The notes: generated by a model not told the origin, from the sequence alone. Shown: positions 14,931 to 28,459, counted from the stretch's first letter. The stretch: DNA of 64,000 bases from Camelus dromedarius (GCF_036321535.1 NC_087443.1:55118001-55182000); one strand, 5' to 3'. Numbers and translations are program-made.

Positions 14931-15500
14931 CCTAAAGAATACATGATAACAAGTCATACACCCTAATATCTATGATTAGATTATTTTAAGGTTATTTGCT
15001 CTTTTAGTTGCTACTCACATTTAGCAGTTAATTGCATATTTCTGCTTCTCTGTACCCCATGACTGCCTTGAGCCGTGAGGAATTCCCATGGAGCAGGTAA
15101 GTTGGGGGAAGGCAGCTTGCCGAGCATAACCCTCTGACTAGGCAACATTGGGTGACATGCCACTAACCTTATCCCAGCCTCCAAGGCAGGCAGAGTAATG
15201 GTCTCAAAGTGCTCCCTAAGAAGAGTGAGTCGTTCTGCCCAAAAGTGGGGCTGAGTCTCCAGCCACATCCCTTTGGGCCAAGGAAGCCTGGTCACCGGTA
15301 TAAAGTGGAGGGACACTAAGTCAAAGCAACTGCATGGAAATGGCTCAGCTTTTTGTTCAAGGTTGGTTTGTGCTTAAAGGGGTGTGGCAAGTTTCTGGGT
15401 ACTGGTCTGTGATCAGACGTTGGGGGAGTGGATTCTCTGGCGTGGATTCTCTGGTGGCTTTGCCATGAACTGGCCTTGGCTCGGCCTCTCTAATCACTAA

Positions 15501-15977
<477 letters not shown>

Positions 15978-17859
15978 TAGACTGGGTCCACCTGGGCCCA
16001 GGGGAGAGACAGTGGCAGCAGGGGTGGGGTGGGGGGTAGAAGGGGAGGGGAAGTGCCCAGAAACCTCTAAATCAGGGCATTTCACCTGCACATGGTCAAG
16101 TGAGACAGATGCATTCCGAACAGTCGTTCTCACAATGTGATCCCCTCACCAGCAGCATCAGCCTTGCCTGGGAACAGGTTAGACATGTTCTCCACCCGAC
16201 CCCAGACCTACAGCTCAAGTGTGAGAACCGCTGAAGCAGGGAAAGCAACCTGGCGGCTGAGGGCTCAGGTTCAGTTCCCCCCGGACCAGGTCAAAAGCCC
16301 GTGCTCTGCCCTTACAGCTGGGTGATCTTGGTCAAGTTCCCTGTGTCCTTTAGGACTTAGTTTTCCCATCAGGAAAGTCAAGGGGAAGACTCTGCTACCT
16401 TCCTGGGTTGCGGGGATCGGTGAGATGAAGCTGGCAAGCTCCCAGCACCATGGGGCCAGCGCTGGCCGAGCAGCAGTTCCCAGCTCCCCACCATGTGACA
16501 TTCACAGACATGGCACCTGCGATTTGTCCCATTAGCTTGGGCTCCACCCTCCCAACCAACTCCCCCACCCCCACTGTTTTTCCAAGTAGCTGGCTATTGC
16601 TTTGAGTGATGTGAGCCCTCAGAGGGTTTTATACGATGAACGACATAACATAAATTAATGGTCCTTCACCTGGAGTTAAATGTCAGGCGTGTTTGCTTTG
16701 GGCTGGGAATTATTGCAGCACAGGATTTTAGCACTAGAACTTCTTACCCTCATCAAAAACCCTGGCTGGCATCTTTCATTCATAAAACCTGGGACAGCTG
16801 ATGATCATCACAATGCAGTCTGTCTGACAGATATACCTCTTTGGGAATAGAGTCTGTTGAGAAAGGGGAGAGTTCCAAAATTCTTTCATAAAGTCGTGCT
16901 GGTCGGGAATCACTGGCAGGAATGGTTGCTCTTTGTCCATTTTGTTTCTAAGCACATTTTAGTCTCGCTTCTCAGAGTTCTCAGAAATGGCCGCTGTCGG
17001 TTCTGCGGGGCACTGACAGGGCACTCAGCCCTGCCACTTTCAGCCACAACTCTAACTTTAAACAAATGATAACCTCTTCAAGCCCTAGTTGCCCCAGCTG
17101 TATTGTGGATAATAGGGGCGCCCACGTCCTAAGGTTGCCATCTGGTTAAAAGACACACGTGCGTTTAAAAGTGGCAAGGGCCCTGCAAATGGTAGCTACG
17201 TGTGCTACTATCTTTCCATCCCCCTTGTTATGTGACCACTGAATGTGACATGTTTTGTCCCCAAGTGAATACATGTTGGTGGGTGACCAGGACTAGGTCT
17301 AGTCTAAAATTTTGTAGGTGAGAAATGCAGTTTCACCTGTTTACCCAAAGATTTCAGGGCCTGGGAAATGTTCTCAAGCCAATTCAAGTTACCTATTAAT
17401 CTCACCTCAGCTTGGGGTCATTAACTTACCAGGCTGTCTGAACTTTGGAGCTGACAAAGCTTCCTTAGGATCTTTGTGCGCTAAAGATTTCCTGAGCAGG
17501 AGACATTCACAGGGACACAGTAAACTGAGGTTTTTCTAGAAGCATTCAGGTATGGTGCAGTTTCTGAACTGAGTACAGAGTTCATTAGTTAAAAAGACAA
17601 AAGAAGCTTCTGTTTTCTCCTGAATCATGTTTCTTCAAAGCAGATCTGCTGTTTGTCAGCGTGACTCTTTCCGCTTTTTCCTTCAAGAGTATTGTCCATG
17701 TTTGTGTCAGATGCTGAGAGGAGGCACACTCTCCCCTCTGGAAATACACGGACAATTGTGGCCAGGTGCTTAGGCTAACCCAGCCTCTTTCGAGACCAAA
17801 TGGCCTCTTTTCACCAACTTTAGAAGCATCTCTTCCTTAAGATACCTTACTGCCATTTT

Positions 17860-17970
17860 CCAGAAAATAGTCATAAGAAACATGCATACTTACAAAGACT
17901 TACACAAGTGAATGGCACCCTCTAGAATTTTGCAGTGCACAACCTGCACAACTGTACGCAGCAGCCCTGG
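17860..17970. mobile_element. MER91-type hAT relic
   Basis: gcagtgcacaacctgcacaactgtacgcagcagccctg terminal motif. Confidence 0.55.
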
Positions 17971-18489
17971 GCCAACCTCTGAAGTCGGTTATGACCAATG
18001 ATACAGCCAGACTGTAGTACCACTGCCCCTGATCAATATTCAGCTTTCTTTATCTAAAACAAGACAGCATTCTTGCCCTACTTATCTCAAGAGCATTGTT
18101 GAGAGAAACTAAAAAGGTTGTAAAGCAGAAGTCAGAGACTGAGCTTTGGGATTCAGGAGTTTGCATCCTAGCTCTATTTTTGGCTCTGTGGCCTTGGATA
18201 AATTACTTAGGCTCTCTGGGCCTCCTTTCTTCATCTGAAAAATGATGCTAATAAAAGCAACCAACCTCACAGGATTGTAATAAGGATGAAATGAAAGAGT
18301 GCCTTCATTTTAGCACAATTTTGAGTCTAATTATGTACTCAATACTGTTCTTTTAGAGGTAATATTAGACTCTTTTAGAGGCTGTTAAGGACAAGCAATA
18401 ATAGAACAAATCAGAAATTAATATAAAACAATAAATCAACCCAGTGCTTAGCACAGGGTAAGCTCTCCATAGACGTTAAGTAGGATATT

Positions 18490-19035
18490 ATTGCCTGGAT
18501 TATGGCCATGGCTGTTCTAACTGGTCTCCCTGCTTCTGCCCTTGCCTGCTACAGCCAAGTGATCCTGTCATAACATAAGTCAGATCAGGTCACTCCCCTG
18601 CTCAAAACCTGGCAGGGGCTCCCCATACAACTCAGAAGAAATGTGGAAGGTCTTCCAGTGGCCACGAGGCCCTGTGCGATCTTCCCACCTCCTTGTCTCC
18701 CAAACTCCTCTCCGATTGCTCACTCCCTAAACCAGCCAGCCTCATCCCTCCCTAAGGCCTCCATTCTGGCTGTTCCCCCGAGTCCACTTGGCTAACTCCT
18801 TCTCCTGGGGCAAGTCCTTGCTCAAATCCTCCCTTTTCTAATGAGCTCTGTCCTGTACACAGCATTACCTTTTAACTTATAACTGACTTATTCTGTTACT
18901 GGGTCTTGTCCGTGTCCCCTGCTTGAATCCAAGCACCACCAGGGAAGACACCATTGTTTTTGTTCTCTGTTTTATCCCAAGCACCCAGAACATGCCTGGC
19001 ATGTAGTAGGTGCTCAATAGATATTGGTTGAGTAA
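18490..19035 (+). mobile_element. L2 3' region
   Basis: cagatcaggtcactcccctgctcaaaacc...tgcctggcatgtagtaggtgctcaatagatattggttgag. Confidence 0.75.
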
Positions 19036-19458
19036 ATATGATTACTCTTCAAATGCAAGACCTCATTATAACTCCTAACAGTCTATGGGAAATGCCCCTG
19101 AGGTTTTAGCAGAGGAGTCCAGGAATAGACTTCTTGTCACACAGAACTGGGGAGCCAAGGGTGGCCTCTCACTGCACCATTACCCGACCCTCTCCAGCCT
19201 CCTCCTTGCCCGGTGTAAGCAGCCATTGCTCTAAATGCTGGGGAGACAGGAGGCGAGTGGTCCAGGGCTGCGGAGGAGGCCATGTGCTAAGCAACATTCC
19301 CATACTTTCACAGAGCAGCAGCTACTGCACCCCAAATCTGCTTCACCCCGATTCTTCTCCAGCCCTGGCTCCCCCTCCACCACCTTATAAAGGACTTCGG
19401 GCTGAAAAGTCTGTCTTCTCACACACCCAGTTCCCAGTCTCTGCCAGCTTTCCTATAC

Positions 19459-19477
19459 TCGCCACTAGAGGGCGTGA
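19459..19477 (+). promoter_or_regulatory. CTCF motif in DNTT intron 9
   Basis: tcgCCACTAGAGGGCGtga matches the CTCF core CCACYAGRGGGCG. Confidence 0.6.
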
Positions 19478-20273
19478 CGATCCCACGCTTGCTCCCTAAA
19501 CCCACAGGGAAAGGACCACATTTCCAGATCTGTGCTCCTCTCAGGAAGATTAACCCCAGTGACAATTTCACTCATTATCCTCCTTTTCTAAGGATTTCTT
19601 GTCCTCTAAGGCTTCAGGTTTTGCTCCCCGGAGCCCCAGAGCCCACCCTGATCATAGGAGGTGCTACTCAGGAGCAGGTCACTCATACCACCAGTTTTAC
19701 AGAATCTCATATGAGAGGATGTTACAGCCAAAGGGGACCTTAGTCATGCACTTCTTCTACTCCCCTGTTTGACCAGCCAAGATTTAGAGAGGCTAGGTGA
19801 CTTACCAAGAGATACACAGCCAGACAGGGACAAAATTCAGGCTGAAATCTGGGTCTCCTGACTCCTCATCCTCTTTTACAATAGTGATATTTCAAATTAA
19901 AAAAAAAAAAAACAACAACGAACTATGATTTATCCAGCATTTACTCTGGGCCAGTCATTATTCTGAACACAACCTTCAAGATATCCATTTATTCATTCAG
20001 CAAACACTTACTGTACATCTTCCATGTCCCAGGCACTCTTTGAGGAAGGAATATAGTTATGAACAAAACAAATCAGGTTCCTGTTTTCACGGAGCTTACA
20101 GTCTAGTGTGTGCCTGTGAGTGTGGAGTTTCGTCCCGGTAGGCTGTTGCCCTAGGGGAGAAAACCGCTTGGAGAATGTTTAGTGGAGATAGATAGATATT
20201 TCATTATAGGGATCTGAATATCTCTAACACATAATGCTGGAGACATTCTAGACTTGATAGTAATTTATTCTGA

Positions 20274-20441
<168 letters not shown>

Positions 20442-21069
20442 TGATTTTAGTGACCAGGTTCAGTTTCCTCTGCCCTGAGGGCCCTGTCCCCAAGGATCAC
20501 AGTTGAGGGCAGCCGGAAAGATCCTGGTGGGAGCACAGCCCCCACTGGGCCCAGAATGCAGCTCACACGCTCTGGGCTCAAAGACGATGTGCTAGCTGGG
20601 CCTCCAGAACCAGTCCAGAGTTTGGTATATCCTTGGTGTCTGCAATGAGTAATTCCAAGGATGCCCCCAAATCACAAATATCACTCAAGTACCTCTCAAA
20701 TGCAGTGAGAAGTAGCAGTTTGAGTGACCACAGAGGTCATTAATGTGAGTCACCTGCAAGACGGAAAGCAGCAGAGCTGCCCTGAGATGTGAATGAACAG
20801 CCAGCTGGGCTCACTCAACAGCTGAGACTCATTTGTCGTGCTGGCCCTGCAGTGGTCACGAGCCAGGTGCTGCCTCAGCAAAATGATAAATTACTGTATG
20901 AATTAGGAAGACTTAAATACTCAACTGTCAAATCCACCAGTGCCAAGATCGACTCTTCTTACAGTGGTCAAGGACACTAAACTAGACTCTGACAAGGAAT
21001 AAGACACAAAATAACTAGAAATAATGGTTTTACCCTTTAGGAGCTTATAGTCTAAATAAGGTGTATTTA

Positions 21070-21535
21070 GATAGAGCTGTCTCACAAGTGTCAGAAACCC
21101 AATACAAAGTGGCAGTGGCAAAAAAAAAAAAAAAGAATTTGACTTAAATACTGTAGCATCTGGGGTAACATGGACTTCAGATACGGCTGTATCCAGGTCC
21201 TCATGCAGGGTTCCCTCAGTGTTAGTGTCATTCTCAGGTGGGGCTTCCCCGTGAGTCCCATCCTTCCAGCTTAGCCACCCCAACAGAGAAAAGCCTCTTT
21301 CCTAATAGATCCAGCAAGAGCCCCAGTTGCTGCTCATTGACCAGGCCTGGGCCACGTGCCCATCTCTGAACCCTTTACCATGGCTTTAATTGGCCAGGCT
21401 CAGGTTGTGTGCCCCTCCTTGGAGGTGGGATTAGCCCAACCTGACCCTCAGAGACTGAGAGTAGGGAAGGGTGGCTTCCCAAAGAAAAACGAAGGTGCTG
21501 CTGTCAGTAGAGAGGGCCGTGGATGCTGGCAGGAA
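21070..21535. mobile_element. MaLR LTR (old MLT1-like)
   Basis: attgaccaggcctgggccacgtgcccatctctgaacc...ttggccaggctcagg...ggatgctggcagg. Confidence 0.65.
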
Positions 21536-22134
21536 AGCCTCAGTTGTCGAGCGGGTGAACAGAGGCAGCTTCATGTAACACGATGTAGGAAGACTTACAA
21601 ATTGACACATAACAAGTAGTTCAATGTGAGTGCCTCCTACATGCCCAACGCCGCGCTATAGCCGAGAAGGGCTGGAGGAGAGATGATGCTTGGTCTAAAA
21701 GAGATCACATCACGGGTTGGGAGCCTGGTGGGGGCGAGGCAGGGGTGGAAGGCCAGAGGAGATACAGCATATACAAGTGTCCTGTCAGCGCCACTCCTCA
21801 CTGCCTGTGGGGGCTGCGCGTGAGACTTTCCCAGAGCCTTTCCCAGGACAAGCCCTCTCCTGAGATTCTGATTTCTTGGAACTGGGGTGTAGCTCAGTTT
21901 TCAGTGTGTTTTAAAAGTTCCTTCAGGTAGTTCTAATGAACAACTGTGGTTAAGAATGATAGACCCATAGGAAAAAATACCCAATGCCTTTAGCTGAAAA
22001 TTTAAGGCCGTCATAATTTTACCTTAATTTATTAAATATTTTGGAGTGGGAAAATATAAAAATTACAGAAGTCAGTTAAGATGACTTTATCCTCAGAAAC
22101 AGGGGGTTATGTTTTTGACAATAATTTGTTCTGA

Positions 22135-22305
<171 letters not shown>

Positions 22306-22726
22306 GAGAAATGTTGTCGGCTTTTTTTTCTGTTTTGTTTTTTTTTCAGGTTAGATAAATTACGCTTCATATTACAGTGAAAGATGTCTTAGGAATGTTC
22401 GAGGTTCTTTAATTCTTACTGAAATGTAGAGTGCTTCTAGAAATAAATAGTTTTGGAAACATGATCAGGCACCACCCAGCAAAGGCTGTGCTCTGATGGG
22501 CCATTTGTAGGACTGTTGCTCAGAATTCACAACGCATTGTCCATAGTAACAGTGTTGTAGTTGGTGGCTCGTTTCTGGGGCAGCTCGTCAAAGCCCACTT
22601 TGCCCACAGTGTAGCTGAATCACTGTGTATTTCCAGTAAAAACAAGAGGAAACAAGATGGTGGAGTCTTTTTTTTTCACTCAAATATTTAAAAATATTCT
22701 TAAACAAAAGTGTAACAAAAGGAAAG

Positions 22727-22732
22727 AATAAA
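22727..22732 (+). terminator. DNTT: Candidate DNTT polyadenylation signal (distal AATAAA; a proximal AATAAA is at 22442-22447)
   Basis: AATAAA ~420 nt after the stop codon; which of the two sites is used cannot be read from sequence. Confidence 0.55.
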
Positions 22733-23377
22733 GAGTTTAAAATTTACCTTGAGAGGTGAGACAGGTTTAATTAGAAGATCAGATTCCACAGAGGGTTGTA
22801 GGTCCCTCCTGGAGTTTTGGAGGAGGTGGGGCTGACTCTTGACTCTCAGCTCAGGTCAAAGCCTGCTGCTCCCCCATCACCTGGAGTTGTGTCCCTAGGT
22901 GTCCCGGCACAAGGCCGCGTATGGGATGTATTCCCATCCCTTCCCACTCAGAAGGTAGCTAAACCACCACCCCGGAGTCTCTCTCTGGTGCTCAGTGGCC
23001 CAGTCTCTCTCAGGGGGACCATCTTTCTTGCCCTCTTCATCTGAGGGCACGCAAGGGAAGGGAGGCCTCCCTGGTGGAGGCAGCCTTTAGAACTCCCAGT
23101 CTGCAGACCTGTTTGGACCTCCTGCCTCCTCCAGGAAGGCAGCAACTCTATGCTTGAAGGGACCCGAAAGGCCGGTTGTTCCAGCTGCTTCTGTGTCCTC
23201 AGTCCGCTGGAGAGCTGGGAGGCCTCACGATGATCCTTGCCTTTAGCTTCCAGCCCCCCAGGGAAGAGGAGATTGGGAGACGCAGGACCACCGTAGAGAA
23301 AGAAGCTGGATCCCCCATCCTGGGTACAGAAAGGAGCCTCCTTCCTTTCTTGGTGTTTGAACCTGGGGGTGGGGCGT

Positions 23378-23565
23378 GTATCAGTATTGCCAAAAATTCA
23401 GCATGACGAACCATCCCCAAACTCAATGACTTAAAACAGCACAGATCTGCACACCGGCTGGGTATTTGGCTGAGCTAGGCTGGGCTCTGCTCTTCATGTC
23501 CCTCGTCCTCCTCCTGGGACCAGCCCTGTCCTTCTCATGATGACAGCAGAGACACGAGAGCTAGC
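23378..23565. mobile_element. MaLR LTR fragment
   Basis: ccatccccaaactcaatgacttaaaacagc...gctgagctaggctggg. Confidence 0.55.
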
Positions 23566-23645
23566 AAACCCCATCAATTAATAATTAGGGTGGTGACTAT
23601 TAATTAGGGACTCTGCCTTCCCCAGTGCCTCCTGCTTTGGGAGCA

Positions 23646-23663
23646 GAGCGCCCTCTGGTGGCA
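23646..23663 (-). promoter_or_regulatory. CTCF motif between the DNTT and OPALIN 3' ends
   Basis: minus strand TGCCACCAGAGGGCGCTC is near-consensus CTCF. Confidence 0.65.
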
Positions 23664-25137
23664 TATAAAAGGAACCGTCGGCGCAAGTACTAACAACAGA
23701 GGCAAATCAAGAAAGAAGCCCAAGTATATTGAGCGGGGCCTTGGAAACCCTCTAGTCCACTCTTCTTGTTCTGCAGGTAACAAGCCAAGGTCTAGAAAAG
23801 AGGCACTGGCCTGCTCAAAGCCACACAGTTAATGCCAGAGCTTTTGTTGATTCAGCAGAAAATATGCACACAGGCCAACCGCCCCTAATTACTAGCTGTG
23901 TGACCTTGGACAAGTTACCTAACCTCTCTGAGCCTCAATTTCTTCTTTTGTGAAATCAAGATGATAATGGTTCCTCCTTTTTCATTTGGTGGAGGATAAG
24001 AAGAGATAATGCGGCAAAATGCTTGAGCTGGGATCCTTTGGATTGGGAAGGATCAAAGAACAAGGCAGTGATTACCGTGGGGGAGGTGTTGTTTAAGTAC
24101 AGTCATTATTTCACTTGCAGTGCTTGACACCAGTACATACAAAGCCCCTGAAGCCAGAATAGAAGGTGGTGAAGATTAGGACCAGTGTCCTGGCTCTTGG
24201 ACTCCCAGACCTGGGCCTGTCTGGACTTGCCCAGCACCAGCTACACCAGCCACACCAGCTGCTAAGAGTGACTGGAGCCCAAGACCCCATGACTCTGAAG
24301 TTTCTTGGATGTCAAGGGCTACTTTAAGGGGACTTTTTGGTAGTCACTGATATTTCTTTATATGGGAGCCATAGTGGGGGTCACTCTTATCTGTTTTGAA
24401 TGCAGTTTTTATCAATTAATTCACATGACTGTGAGTATTTAAAATCCATCCCTCCAGCATGTATATAAAAGAACCATAATAGTACAGAAACCCTCCTCAA
24501 TTATGAATTAAACTCATTATCCTTAACTCCTCTTTCCTGCAAACTTAAATCATCCCTCAAAGCAATTTACATTCTCCAGGATGTACCTTGCAGAGCCCCA
24601 GTTTTCTCATCTGTGAAATGGGCAGAAGTAACACCCACACCACATTACCTCCAGGGTTTGTTGTAAAAATTAAACAAAATAACAAATGGAAAGTTCTTTG
24701 AAACCTAAAATGCGTGCTATTAATATAATAGGGATTAGTCTTTTTCATATAATCTGGCCGTAGTTCAGGCACCTGGAGACTGCTTCACAGAAAGGCAGGC
24801 ATATGAATTAAGAAGATAAATCAGTCATCTCATACGGGCTGGCGCTGTAAATCCAGAAACATACTGTTCTTTAAAGAAATCCAGCTTGATAACTGAAGCT
24901 GGAAACAAGGGAGAAGCTTCATGACCCTCACTGTAGCGCACTTGGATTTGAAGAGCACGGTGGCCTGCAATGCATTTTGCATCCTACATGTCCCTGGTAT
25001 GTAGGGGACAGTATTTTCACAAGAAACAAGTCTGAAAAATTGTACGGTGTTTCAGCCTTTCCTAACCCGGGAAGCACGAGGCAGAAAGAGGTGAGGTTAT
25101 AGTAACCTGTACCATCTCTACCTTCTTGCTGCAAAAT

Positions 25138-25148
25138 TAATGATGATG

Positions 25149-25182
<34 letters not shown>

Positions 25183-25207
25183 TAATAATAATATAGTAAT
25201 GATAATA
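25138..25207. repeat. (TAA/TGA)n microsatellite
   Basis: tgatgatgat ataataataataataataat... Confidence 0.9.
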
Positions 25208-26506
25208 GGCAGGATCTTCCTTGGGGCTGAATGATTTTCCAACATGATGCATCTAATGTGAAACACAGCAAAACTCACACTCAAGCTTCTTACCTGTAAT
25301 TCCTATTAAGTATTCTTAACAAATAACCTCCAGGATTTTCATGAAAACAGGCATCTATATAGGAAAGGTTACTTTTTTTCACTCCATTTTCTTTTTTCTA
25401 TAGAAATAGAATTCTTAAACTAACAAGGCACAACCATTACTAATTTCAAATCAGTTTGTATTAAAAGTGTGGCAAAAAGGTGCTTAAGAAAGGTTTAATT
25501 TGACATCTTTTTCACTAACCTTCAACTGTAACCGTTTATATTTAAAACTGTTCAGAGGGGTGTCACAAATCCCTTTGAGAATCTGAAGGGAATTAAGGAA
25601 TCTCCCCCCAGAGTAGTGATTATACACATACAATTTGCATACTACTTCAGGGAATTCAGATCTTCCTAAACCTCTGTTTAAAGTAATCCTAATTTTGCCC
25701 CCAGTTTGGGTTACTCGCCCTGTCTTTCTTTGGGGTAAAATGCTTTTGCAGTGCATGTGGCATTGGAAGCTTTTCAGGTCTTCAGGTCAGGCCAACACTG
25801 AAAGCTCTTAAGAGTGGATTTCTTTCCACCTTTTGGGCACTGAGGACATGAATCTGTTTTTGTCTAGTTCCAAGTTCTCCAGAGAATAACTGTATTTGTC
25901 CTTCCAGGCCACCAACCACACTCCCATATCCTCTTGTTCTCCTGGAAAAATGCTGAATGAAGAACAAGAGATTGTGGCTTTATATGGATGTCATTTTTTT
26001 AAAAAGCAGCTTAATTGAGGTAAAATTGACCTACCCTAAGTTGTGTACCTAAAGTGTACAATTTGACGTGTCGGTGTGTAATGTACCCCTGCGGCCATCA
26101 CCACAATCAAGATAGAGAACATATTACCTCCGAGGGTTCTTTGTGGCGTTGGTAATCGCTCCCGCCCACCCTTCCTCACCCCACCAGCCCCAGCAGCCAC
26201 TGATACGCTGATATGCCTTCTGTCCCTATTAATTACATGACTGGTCCAAGGTCCTCCCAAAGCTAGGACTGGCCCTAGGCTGGGGAACCAGGGCTTCTGA
26301 CTTCCAGTCTCAGTGTTTCCTCACAATGTAGGCTGCCCTCCGTGAAGGACTGAGCATCTCCATCATCAGCCCAGCTGAGAAAGCGCCAGCACCAGGAATA
26401 CCCCCGGGATAACCTTGATTACCACTCATGTCACACACTTTAATACAGGCAAAGAGAAACCACAGACATGTTGTAGGTCCACGAGAATGACCGTTTTACT
26501 GTTCAC

Positions 26507-26512
26507 TTTATT
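26507..26512 (-). terminator. OPALIN: Candidate OPALIN polyadenylation signal AATAAA
   Basis: minus-strand AATAAA followed ~35 nt later by GU/U-rich TGTCTGTGGTTTCTCTTTG; a more distal ATTAAA is at 25494-25499. Confidence 0.45.
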
Positions 26513-27465
26513 CCAAAATAAGTTCTTGTGCAGAAAAAGATGACAGAAGTACTGAACCTTGCTAGTTTAGTAGTAGTCATGTAAAACAAAGATTCCAAGC
26601 AATGGATTGTAAGTAGAATTAAGATATATGATCCAAAATACAAGTCACATCTTACTTTACAGACCACAAGGCTTATTCACTTGTGCATTTCCGCTCAGAT
26701 TCACAACAGCCTTAAGGGTAAGAGGCTGAGAACAGCTGTCTCCGTTTTGCACAGACAGAGCTGAGGCCCCATGATCTGCCCCACTGTTTGCACCTGAGTG
26801 CCCAGGCCAAGGCCACAGTCCTGTTCTCAGCAAATCCAAGGTCCTTCCCAGTGGGCAACAGCAGTACAAGCTCCTGGAGCCCTGGGCGTGTCTGCTTGAA
26901 AACGGCCCAATCTGCTTGCTAAGGTGACTGGATCCGGGCACTCGGCACAAAAGTTTCACAAGGAGATTTGAAAAGCACTTTTGGCGTGCGGCAGTGGTTG
27001 GGTCTGTAGAACCTGCCCTTGGTTATCTGAAGAAGAGAGGGTGTGTTTCTGAGAAATCAGGGGTCTTTTGTCAGAAAGGAGTGTTTCCACAGCAGATCAA
27101 CGCGATGCATGGAGCTGGTGGGTGGACCCCAAGATGCCCTGGACCCGGGTTCTCCCACCAGGAGACCGGTGTGCTCGCAGTGGTGGACAGCATAGGGGAT
27201 CCAGCACTCCCAGGAGCCTCCTAACAGGAGCGATGGTGAGCCAGCTGGGGCTTCCCTGAGACGACAGTCACATTGCCCTTTGGTTCTGTGTTCATCCACT
27301 CAGAGTCCGCTTGACTTCTCTTCCTGCTAATGAGCTTCTCCCGGTGACAGTCCAAGGACTTGGGCCCTTCTCTCCACTCCCACAAAATGGGTACAGCCCT
27401 ATTTCTAATCATCTTTTGAACCAACCTCTGCCTTCCCTCCAACCTGTTTACCCTCAACACACAAA

Positions 27466-27468
<3 letters not shown>

Positions 27469-27504
<36 letters not shown>
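27469..27504. repeat. (AC)18 microsatellite in the OPALIN 3'UTR
   Basis: perfect AC run, preceded by acaaacaaac. Confidence 0.95.
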
Positions 27505-27508
<4 letters not shown>

Positions 27509-28028
27509 GCCACTGTAGAACTGTTTTCCTTACATATCCTCTGATCACACGTGGGAGGGATGAGTGACCCAGCCACGCGCTGCCTCTGTGCTCAGGGAAC
27601 GTGTGGCCCCATGTGATTTCTACCCTGAGCTGTTCAGAAATAAGAAACTGCTTTTCCTCACACATTTAAGTTTCATTTATATCCCAACTTGCACCATGCT
27701 AGCCTTGGCCAACCCTCCCATGGAAGCCAGGTCTGATGGCTTTTTTGAGAAAATGGATGTGAAAAAAAATGAGGAGGCAAGACACTGAGAAGTCAAACCC
27801 CTTTTCCCAAATAGCAAAGAAAAGCAAATTCCCACTGGGGTCAGGAACAGGATCCAAGGGCTCCTTTTGGATGCACAGTGACTTCACTGCTTATTAAACC
27901 ACCGATCTGAGAGTTGGAATGAGCCTTATCAGATCTGCCTCCTAAAGAGAAAAGTCCAGATCTGCAAATCAATTTGGGTTGGTCTGGAAGGAGCTTAGCA
28001 TCTCTCCTCACTCCAAACCACTGTGTGT

Positions 28029-28217
28029 TTAGCTCTGGTCCGGCTCCAGGCTCAGCCTGGGAATAAGCCACCACAGTCCCCTTCTTCTCTCCATCTCTAC
28101 AGCAGGATGGTAAGGGTCACGCATGGGCTCCTCGCCTCCCGATTCGGTCTTCACGAAGATGCGGGCTGCGTCTGCTCCCATCACATTCTTTCCATGTGTG
28201 GGTGACCCCCTGGGATT
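28029..28217 (-). CDS. OPALIN: OPALIN exon 6, coding part to stop
   Basis: tcttag|AAT...AGC TAA; [62 protein letters not shown]. Confidence 0.95.
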   Translation of the reverse strand, partial: NPRGSPTHGKNVMGADAARIFVKTESGGEEPMRDPYHPAVEMERRRGLWWLIPRLSLEPDQS

Positions 28218-28459
28218 CTAAGAAAACAAATAAGTTTAGAAAAAATACAGCAAAAACTTGTGCTTCTGGCCAAGTTGGAGAAACAGCAACCAGATTTACC
28301 CTCCCTCTGAGACAACCAAACACCAGACAAAATATTTGAAACAATAGCTTTCAAGACATTGGGCATCAGGCAAAGAAGGGCGGGATCCCTGAGAGACAGA
28401 AAGCAAGTGAGGAGAGACCTGTGACTGCACGAGCTTGCTGCCCTGGGAGGGCTTGGGGG

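Noticed and set aside
15428-15454. 13-nt tandem duplication gtggattctctgg (and an 18-nt-period duplication at 41243-41276)
   Set aside because: Ordinary slippage duplications with no functional cue
23664-23671. TATAAAAG next to the CTCF site
   Set aside because: No downstream exon or ORF to support a promoter
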